IMG/VR virus record: IMGVR_UViG_3300044984_003188
Length of the DNA: 64,000 nucleotides
From: a virus
Direction: 5' to 3' (one strand)
Position 1 is the stretch's first letter; each line of letters begins with the position of its first letter. Position numbers and translations under genes: made by a program. This document shows, one piece after another, positions 56,251 through 64,000 of the stretch. The notes under the pieces are model-generated. The model did no database searches, was not told the DNA's origin, and saw only the letters and a program-made list of their open reading frames with translations.

Positions 56251-57276
56251 ATGTTATGGCTTGAACAAAAATATATTGGACTTTTGTCAAATCGACTAAG
56301 GAACTTCAAAAGGAAGTCCTCTGGTTTATATAATTTCTCATGCCCAATTTGCAATGACTCTGAGTCCGATAAAAGGAAAGCCAGAGGTTATATCTATGAA
56401 AAGCAAAGTAAAACCCTATTCCATTGCCATAATTGTAATGCAACAAAAGGGTTTGAAAATTTTTTAAAATTAATTGATGAATCCATTTTCAATGAATATG
56501 CACTTGAAAAGTTAAAGGACAGCAAGTCCCCGCAACAAGTTGATCTAGAAGAATTTGTTGCAAAAATGAAGAAGCCAAACTTTATGAAGACTGAGCCACT
56601 CAAGGGTCTTCGGAAAATTAGTCAACTAGATCCTGATGATCCTATTAAGCTTCTTGTATCAAAACGCAAAATCCCAAATCCATATCATGCAAAGATGTTT
56701 AAAGTACCTAAGTTCTTTTCATGGGTAAATAGTTTTATCCCTGATAAGTTTGATGATGAGTCTTTACTCTATGACGAACCACGACTTCTTATCCCTTTCT
56801 TAAATAAGAATGGTGAAATGCATGCTTTTCAAGGTAGGTCACTAGACTCAAAATCTAAAACTAAGTATATTACTATTGTTCTAGATGAAAGTCAACCAAA
56901 GGTATATGGACTAGATACAGTTGATTCTTCAAAAAAGACTTATGTTACAGAAGGTGTTTTAGATGCAATTTTTCTACCAAATGCTATTGCAACTGCAGGT
57001 GGGGATATAGTATCAGGAATTAAAGATATGACCAAAACCAATATGATTATTGTTTATGACAATGAAAATAGAAACAAGCACACAATTAATAAAATTGAAA
57101 AGGCCATATACAATGGTTATAAAGTATGTATATGGCCTGAGAATTTTACATATAAAGATATTAATGAAGCTATTATAGCAGGGTTAAGTACAGAATTTAT
57201 TAAACATATTATAGATACAAATACTTATCATGATCTTAATGCTAAACTTAAATTAACTATGTGGAAGAAAATTTAA
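56251..57276 (+). CDS. 61: DNA primase (T4 gp61)
   Basis: CPICNDS...CHNC zinc finger; RLLIPF, FQGR; TOPRIM TEG..D, YDNE, KDINE. Confidence 0.95.
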   Translation: MLWLEQKYIGLLSNRLRNFKRKSSGLYNFSCPICNDSESDKRKARGYIYEKQSKTLFHCHNCNATKGFENFLKLIDESIFNEYALEKLKDSKSPQQVDLEEFVAKMKKPNFMKTEPLKGLRKISQLDPDDPIKLLVSKRKIPNPYHAKMFKVPKFFSWVNSFIPDKFDDESLLYDEPRLLIPFLNKNGEMHAFQGRSLDSKSKTKYITIVLDESQPKVYGLDTVDSSKKTYVTEGVLDAIFLPNAIATAGGDIVSGIKDMTKTNMIIVYDNENRNKHTINKIEKAIYNGYKVCIWPENFTYKDINEAIIAGLSTEFIKHIIDTNTYHDLNAKLKLTMWKKI

Positions 57277-57928
57277 ATTTTCTAGGTACCATACCCTCCT
57301 TCCAGAAAATTTTAGCTTCAGAAGGTAAACATATATAGTTTTTTACGCCGTCATTGTAATATTTTTTACCGATTCTCCCTGAAGGTACACTATTCTTTTT
57401 TCTTGACTTTTTTAATCTACCAAGAAAAGTGCCTTCAGGTAATTTTCTAACAAAATATTCATTTGTGCCATCATTACACCAAAATTTACCTGTTCTATCA
57501 ACTATCATTTTTAGTTTAGTTTCTTCGGTAATAATTTGATATGATCTAGCTATTTGAATTTTTTTTAAAGATTCTTTTGAGTGTTTTTTACCATAAAATG
57601 GATTTTTTTCACCAAATCTGGCTGAACCATACATAGGATTATCTTCCCCAGCAGCCCCTTCTCCACCATCTGTCATATTATGTAATATACCGGTATTTCT
57701 ATCTTTTCGACCATACCAACGTATTAGTCTTCTTTCTAATGCCAATGCACCAATATTAGATAAATTATTTTCACAAATAATAATTTTTGACTTATCCTTT
57801 GGTGCTGTTATTCTGTGTTTATCCCATGCTCTATTACCTGTTCCTTTACCTATATAATATGGTGTTCCATTTTTTCTAAGATAAGCATATACATAATATC
57901 TAAATTCAGTCTTTAATTGTTTTTGCAT
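57257..57928 (-). mobile_element. GIY-YIG homing endonuclease (NUMOD3), antisense to primase
   Basis: [34 protein letters not shown]; late promoter at 57990-57997(-). Confidence 0.9.
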
Positions 57929-58012
57929 GCTGTGTTTCCCTTCTTAAGCATAGAGTCCATGGGAATTGCCGTTCCGTGATGGACAATACTATTTATAAAA
58001 TAAATTAATTTA

Positions 58013-58342
58013 GGACCAATCGACTCCATGTTTATTCCAAATGCTATTGCAACCGCAGGTGGTGATCTTGTTTCTGGTATTACTGGATTTGAAAAGAAAA
58101 ATTTTGTCATCATTTATGACAATGAACCACGTAATCGTGACACCGTAAAAAAGATTGACAAAGCCATTATGAATGGATATAATGTTTGTATATGGCCATC
58201 CAATCTAGATTCAAAAGATGTGAACGAGATGATTTTATCTGGTCTTAGTTCAGATTTTGTTAGGTATGTCATTGACACTCACACATTTTGTGATCTAAGA
58301 GCAAAGATGGAGTTAAATAATTGGAAAAAAATAACCGCTTAA
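58013..58342 (+). pseudogene. Displaced second copy of primase C-terminus
   Basis: [18 protein letters not shown]...WKKI aligns without gaps to the primase C-terminal 107 aa (~60% identity by hand). Confidence 0.85.
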
Positions 58343-59676
58343 AATGCGATGCATGTAATGATACCAGGGTTCATGCATATGATGAACATCACAACACCTG
58401 GTGTAAAAAATGTTGTCTCCATGAGAATGGTTATTATCTGGTGACCACCGATCATTGGGGTGAAGATTTGATCGGTCAATATCTTTGCAAGAAATGTGGT
58501 TGGATTAGGAAAGGTTTAAATTATGGGGATTGATACTTATTTTTACACAATTTACGGTGTAAAGACTGAGTGGGATGATGAGTTCCATGATAAGTATGAT
58601 TTAGTTTATGATGATAAAGATACACCATGGATTCTAGTAGACGGAATGAGTGGTAAATATAATATTTTCGGTATTCCATTATTTGAGTCTGGTAATCTTA
58701 GGTGGGGATTTGATGATGGAGATTTCTTCAAGGAAATCAATGTAGATAATCTTAAAGAACTTGAAACCAAGTACCGTGAAGAATTTGGTAAAAAGTTTCC
58801 CGAGCATGTGCATCTTCTAGGATCAGAACCTTTTAAGCTTGTCAGCTTAATCCACTTCTCATAAAAGATTTAAATTATGAATAATCTCAGTATCCTGATT
58901 TATTTTGCTGGTGCTGTAAGTAATCTTGGTGCTTTTTTTGCTACCATTACAGCATTACTAATGGTACCAATGATTGGTTCTATTATTTTTTGGCTTGTTT
59001 ATCATGATGAAACAGATTCATCATTCCGTTCGTACACAGGTGATGCGCTAGTTGAATGCAGGAAAACACGTGAACTTTGGCGTAAACGTGCTGTTAAGTT
59101 TGCTTTGCTTGCTGTTTTTACAGGTTTAATTTGTAATTTTATTCCTACCCGTCAAACTGTTCTTCTCATTGCTGGATCTGAAATGGGTGAAAAGGTTCTT
59201 AATAGTGAAAAAGTAACTAATGTTGTGGATCCAGGTATTGAACTTATTACCACTTGGATGAAGAATGAAACCGCTGAAATCAAGAAAAAGATGGAAACAA
59301 AACAATGATTCTAGAAGTACTAAACATTGAAGATAATGATGACGGTTCTGCCACTCTTACGGTGGATATGGATCAAGAAACTCTAAAGAAATTTGCTAGC
59401 GTTGGTATTATCAAAGTGCTTAAAGATAGTGTTGAAGATATTATTATTGATGATGTTGATCAATTTATTGAAGATGTTAAAGATACTCCACCGGAGCCAA
59501 TGTATGATGTTGCAGTTGCATATATTGATGATGCAATTAAAGTTCTAGAAGATAGAATGACTGAGTTTCCAATATCATATAATGATAAACTTATTATTGA
59601 CACGCTATCCGATACGTGTCATGATGCACTACAAATTCTTATTGTGGCTAGGTCATTTTTTGATAATAAAGCTTGA
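58321..59676 (+). other. Four hypothetical genes (58321-58533 Cys-rich, 58523-58864, 58877-59308 membrane, 59305-59676)
   Basis: Overlapping start/stop codons. Confidence 0.65.
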
Positions 59677-59792
59677 TAAGTTTACACAACTTCCTTGCCA
59701 TCTTTGGTGTGGTGATCTGTGTAATTGTTATCCATATAGGATCGACAATAAAAATAAAGTCAAAGAGACAAAAGAGACATTGAAAAGATTAA

Positions 59793-60446
59793 ATGATGAA
59801 TAATGCAAAAATTATAGCCATAACTAATCCACTCGTCGACGGAGTAAAATCTGCCGACGAGTTTATTGCCTATACTGCCAGAGTTTCAAATCCATCCAAT
59901 CAGATGAATACGGATACATCAGAAAAACTTTTAAAATACTGCATTCGGAATAAGCATTTCAGCATCTTTGAAATGATAAATGTAGTAATGGAAGTTAATA
60001 CATCTAGGGATATTGCTCGACAAATCCTACGTCATCGTTCATTTTCATTCCAAGAATTTTCACAACGATATGCTGATCCTACTAAGGACCTTGGGTTTGT
60101 GACTCGTGAAGCACGACTTCAAGATAAAAAGAACCGACAAAATAGCATTGAAAATGTTGATGTACTTCTAAGTATGGAATGGCTCAATAGACAAAATTAT
60201 ATTTTAGATATTGTAGAAGATAACTATAAATGGGCTATTGACAACGGCATTGCTAAAGAACAAGCACGTGCTATTCTTCCAGAAGGTCTTACAATTTCAC
60301 GAATGTATATGAATGGCACACTTCGTAGCTGGATTCATTATTGTGAATTGCGAATGTCCAATGGCACACAGAAAGAACATCAACTAGTTGCAGAATCTGC
60401 TTGGGCAGAGATTGGTAAATACTTCACATTTTTAACAAAAGAATAG
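59793..60446 (+). CDS. thyX: FAD-dependent thymidylate synthase
   Basis: RQILRHRSFSFQEFSQRY; EQARAILP; TQKEH. Confidence 0.96.
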   Translation: MMNNAKIIAITNPLVDGVKSADEFIAYTARVSNPSNQMNTDTSEKLLKYCIRNKHFSIFEMINVVMEVNTSRDIARQILRHRSFSFQEFSQRYADPTKDLGFVTREARLQDKKNRQNSIENVDVLLSMEWLNRQNYILDIVEDNYKWAIDNGIAKEQARAILPEGLTISRMYMNGTLRSWIHYCELRMSNGTQKEHQLVAESAWAEIGKYFTFLTKE

Positions 60447-60454
60447 AGGACTAT

Positions 60455-62743
60455 ATGGTAATCAATGTAATAAAAAGAGATGGTACTGTTGAACCACTAA
60501 ATTTAGAAAAATTTCATAGGGTTGTGCGTTGGGCATGTGAAGGGTTATCAAATGTTTCCGAGTCTGAAGTAGAAATTAAATCACAAATTCAATTCTATAA
60601 TAATATCAAAACATCTGATATTCAAGAAACACTTATTAAAGCCACTTCAGAACTAATCACAGAAGCAACTCCAAACTATCAGTATGTTGCTTCACGGCTT
60701 ATCAACTATCACCTACGCAAGCAAGTCTATAATGGTCCAAACCCATGTTCTCTTTTTCAACATGTTGTAAATGTAGTTTCTGATGGATATTATGAACAAA
60801 ATCTATTATCATGGTACGATGATGACGAATACAAAATCCTGAATGGTTATCTAGTACATGATAGAGATTTCAATATCCCATATGCAGGAATGGAACAACT
60901 TCGTGGTAAGTATCTAATCAGAAACCGTGCCACAAATAAATATTATGAAACACCACAGATGAGTTATATGCTCATTGCTATGGTTCTGTTTCACAAATAT
61001 CCAAAGAATGAACGTCTGAAGTGGGTAAAGGACTTTTATGATGCAACCTCGACTTTCGAAATCTCTCTGCCGACTCCTATCATGGCTGGTCTACGCAGTC
61101 CACAAAAGCAATTTAGTTCTTGTGTGTTGGTGGATTCGGATGATTCTCTAGATTCTATTAATGCTACTACATCATCTATTGTAAAGTATGTTTCACAGAA
61201 GGCAGGTATTGGTATCAATGCAGGCCGAATTCGTGCTATTGGATCTCCAATCCGTAATGGTGATGCAACTCACACCGGTGTGATTCCATTCTACAAGATG
61301 TTTCAAGCTGCTGTTCGTTCCTGCTCTCAAGGTGGCGTACGAAACGGTGCCGCAACTCTTTATTATCCGGTTTGGCACTATGAGGTGGAAGATCTTCTAG
61401 TCCTAAAGAATAATAAAGGTACTGAGGATAATAGAATCAGAAATGTAGATTATGGCGTTCAATTTAATAAACTTATGTATGAACGTCTACTATCTGGTGG
61501 TAATATTACACTATTTTCACCACATGATGTTCCAGGTCTATATGAGGCATTCTTTGTAAATTATGACAAGTTCAAAGATCTTTATGAAGAAGCTGAGCAA
61601 AACCCAAATATTCGTAAAAAGAGTATTTCAGCTTTAACTTTATTTGGTTCATTCATCCAGGAACGTAAAGATACTGGTAGAATTTATCTAATGAATGTGG
61701 ATCATGCAAATGATCATGGAGCTTTTATTAAAGAAGTTGCACCTGTTTATCAAAGTAATTTGTGTGCAGAAATAGCACTTCCTACAAAACCATTACGAGA
61801 TGTTTTTGATCCGGATGGTGAAATTAGTCTATGCACACTTGCTGCAATCAACTGGGGTAAAATTCGTGCTACTTCTGACTTTGAGCGTCCTGCTAAACTT
61901 ATTGTCCGTGCTCTTGATGAGTTGCTTGATTATCAAGATTACCCTGTTTTGGCAGCAAAAAACTCTACCATGGCACGTCGCCCTCTCGGTGTTGGCATTA
62001 TCAATTTTGCTTACTGGCTTGCTAAAAATGATCTTACTTATTCTAATATAGGGTCAGAAGGTCTAAAGAAAGTCCATGAGTTTGCTGAAGCCTGGTCGTA
62101 TTACCTAATTAAGGCTTCTGCTGATCTAGCAAAGGAAAAAGGTGCTTGCCCTAAGTCAACTGAAACTAAGTACTCTTTGGGTGTTCTGCCGATTGATACT
62201 TACAAGAAAAATGTTGACAATTTGGTGGATCCGGTTTATAAATTGGATTGGAACTCTCTGCGTATTCAACTATCAGAATGTGGAATCCGTAATTCCACAC
62301 TGATGGCTCTGATGCCTGCCGAGACCTCTGCACAGATTAGTAACTCAACGAATGGTATTGAACCAGTACGATCACTTATTTCCATTAAACAAAGTAAGGA
62401 TGGAGTGCTCAAGCAGGTTGTACCAGACATTAAAAGACTTAAAAATAAATATGATCTTCTATGGGATCAGAAGTCTCCGGAAGGTTATCTGCAAATTTGT
62501 GCAGTACTACAAAAGTTTATCGACCAAGCTATCTCGGTAAATACTAGTTATAATCCTAAGCATTATGACAGTGATCAAATTCCAATGTCAGTCCTAATGA
62601 AGGATATCATTCAATTCTATCAAATGGGTGGTAAAAATCTATATTACTTCAATACATTTGATGGTGCTGGTGAACAAGAAGTACTACCAGAGTTAGAACA
62701 ATCCAAAATTCAAGATGAAACTTGTGATAGTTGTACCATATGA
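60455..62743 (+). CDS. nrdA: Ribonucleotide reductase class Ia alpha subunit
   Basis: ATP cone; QFSSCVL; SNLCAEI; C-terminal CDSCTI. Confidence 0.97.
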   Translation: MVINVIKRDGTVEPLNLEKFHRVVRWACEGLSNVSESEVEIKSQIQFYNNIKTSDIQETLIKATSELITEATPNYQYVASRLINYHLRKQVYNGPNPCSLFQHVVNVVSDGYYEQNLLSWYDDDEYKILNGYLVHDRDFNIPYAGMEQLRGKYLIRNRATNKYYETPQMSYMLIAMVLFHKYPKNERLKWVKDFYDATSTFEISLPTPIMAGLRSPQKQFSSCVLVDSDDSLDSINATTSSIVKYVSQKAGIGINAGRIRAIGSPIRNGDATHTGVIPFYKMFQAAVRSCSQGGVRNGAATLYYPVWHYEVEDLLVLKNNKGTEDNRIRNVDYGVQFNKLMYERLLSGGNITLFSPHDVPGLYEAFFVNYDKFKDLYEEAEQNPNIRKKSISALTLFGSFIQERKDTGRIYLMNVDHANDHGAFIKEVAPVYQSNLCAEIALPTKPLRDVFDPDGEISLCTLAAINWGKIRATSDFERPAKLIVRALDELLDYQDYPVLAAKNSTMARRPLGVGIINFAYWLAKNDLTYSNIGSEGLKKVHEFAEAWSYYLIKASADLAKEKGACPKSTETKYSLGVLPIDTYKKNVDNLVDPVYKLDWNSLRIQLSECGIRNSTLMALMPAETSAQISNSTNGIEPVRSLISIKQSKDGVLKQVVPDIKRLKNKYDLLWDQKSPEGYLQICAVLQKFIDQAISVNTSYNPKHYDSDQIPMSVLMKDIIQFYQMGGKNLYYFNTFDGAGEQEVLPELEQSKIQDETCDSCTI

Positions 62744-62928
62744 TACTTCAACTTAATCCACCACTTCCCCTTGAAACACCTCAAGGTAAAGCATGGGCAC
62801 ATTTTATGATAGATTATGGACTTGAGCATGATCTACTTTGGGTGTGTTTTCAAGATGAAACAAGTGAATGTTGGACTTGGTCTAATAGACAAATAAAGAT
62901 ACAAAAAAACATTACTATAGGTAGGTAA
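62740..62928 (+). CDS. Hypothetical protein
   Basis: MILQLNPPLPLETP..IDYG..W. Confidence 0.65.
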   Translation: MILQLNPPLPLETPQGKAWAHFMIDYGLEHDLLWVCFQDETSECWTWSNRQIKIQKNITIGR

Positions 62929-62931
62929 AAA

Positions 62932-64000
62932 ATGGCTTATAATGTATTTGATTCTTCAAATAAAAAGAGTCATCTTAAATCTCGACTTTTCTTTGATGAA
63001 CCTCCTACTATTGCTAGGTTTGACAAACAAAAGTATCCTTTTCTAGAAAAACTAACTCGACAGCAAATGAGTTTCTTTTGGGTTCCGGAGGAAGTTGATC
63101 TTCTAAAGGACTCAAAAGACTTTCGTGAACTATCAAAGCATGAACAACATATTTTTACCAGTAATCTAAAGCGCCAAATTCTGCTTGATTCTGTGCAAGG
63201 TCGAGCACCAACTGCAGCATTTGGTCCGATCTGTTCTTTACCTGAACTTGAAAACTGGATTGTGGCATGGACATTTAGTGAAACTGTTCATTCACGATCC
63301 TATACGCATATCATTCGTAATGTATATTCCGATCCATCAAAGATTCTGGATGATATTCTAGATATGCAGGAAATTGTTGATTGTGCCAAAGATATCAGCA
63401 AGAACTATAATGCGCTAATTGAACTCAATAGTACACTTAGCCCACTTTCAAGTTTTTCAATGGATCCTTATGATCATAAGAAAGCCCTCTGGTTGACTCT
63501 CATGTCAGTCAATATTCTTGAGGGTATCCGTTTTTATGTCAGTTTTGCTTGTTCATGGGCATTTGCTGAGTTGAAGAAGATGGAAGGTAATGCTAAAATT
63601 ATCAAGCTTATCTGCCGTGATGAAAATCTACATCTAGCTAGTACACAACAACTTCTAAAAGTACTTCCGCTAGATGATCCTGATTTCAAGAAAATTCAAG
63701 AAGAAACAAAAGCAGAATGCCTTGAAATGTTTAAAGATGCAGCAGAACAAGAAAAAGCATGGGCTGAATATCTATTTAAAGATGGATCAATGATTGGTCT
63801 GAATAAGCAACTTCTAAATGAATATGTAGAGTGGATTACCAACCGTCGTTTGACTGCAGTTGGTCTTCCAAATCTATATAAGACTGGTTCTAATCCATTA
63901 CCATGGACAAGCAAATGGATTTCTGGTGGAGAAGTACAAGTTGCACCTCAGCAAACACAAATAACTTCCTACATTATCGGTGGAGTGAAGAATGATGTTT
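62932..64000 (+). CDS. nrdB: Ribonucleotide reductase class Ia beta subunit, partial
   Basis: FFWVPEE, LLDSVQGR, ETVHSRSY, EGIRFYVSF, RDENLH, VAPQ. Confidence 0.96.
   Translation, partial: MAYNVFDSSNKKSHLKSRLFFDEPPTIARFDKQKYPFLEKLTRQQMSFFWVPEEVDLLKDSKDFRELSKHEQHIFTSNLKRQILLDSVQGRAPTAAFGPICSLPELENWIVAWTFSETVHSRSYTHIIRNVYSDPSKILDDILDMQEIVDCAKDISKNYNALIELNSTLSPLSSFSMDPYDHKKALWLTLMSVNILEGIRFYVSFACSWAFAELKKMEGNAKIIKLICRDENLHLASTQQLLKVLPLDDPDFKKIQEETKAECLEMFKDAAEQEKAWAEYLFKDGSMIGLNKQLLNEYVEWITNRRLTAVGLPNLYKTGSNPLPWTSKWISGGEVQVAPQQTQITSYIIGGVKNDV

Noticed and set aside
56955-58014. Group I intron in the primase gene
   Set aside because: The insert is fully occupied by a primase C-terminus and an antisense ORF; no room for or sign of a P3-P7 core.
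40047-64000. Inteins or introns in gp43, gp41, nrdA, nrdB; antisense ORFs within core genes
   Set aside because: The proteins are of normal length with contiguous motifs; the antisense ORFs are shadows of coding frames.

Overview
This window is part of a T4-like (Tevenvirinae-type) myovirus genome, AT-rich, with a probable proteobacterial (possibly alphaproteobacterial) host; the host call is an inference from DUF1127, plcP-agt and an outer-membrane beta-barrel gene. Core genes: end of the clamp loader gp62, regA, gp43 polymerase, uvsX, gp41 helicase, gp61 primase, thyX, nrdA, partial nrdB, a GH19 endolysin, spanins and late virion/head genes. It carries 31 tRNA genes covering all 20 amino acids, several with non-canonical folds, plus several orphan structured RNAs. 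Auxiliary genes include pstS, rpiB, speD, dps, hsp20, nadV/natV and a plcP-agt-like lipid-remodelling pair. Five GIY-YIG homing endonuclease genes are present. Main observations: (1) an array of six CAGCAA-motif stem RNAs carrying tRNA-like fragments sits directly upstream of a TROVE/Ro60-like DUF2828-vWA protein, and an anticodon-less tRNA-like RNA elsewhere has the same motif; (2) three Seg-like endonucleases are each inserted at the CCA position of a tRNA behind a covarying hairpin; (3) three homologous ~380-bp elements with seven IHF-consensus-like sites each separate divergent early promoters; (4) an endonuclease cassette appears to have replaced the primase C-terminus, leaving the displaced original downstream. 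All folds, counts and family assignments were made by eye, with no database searches.
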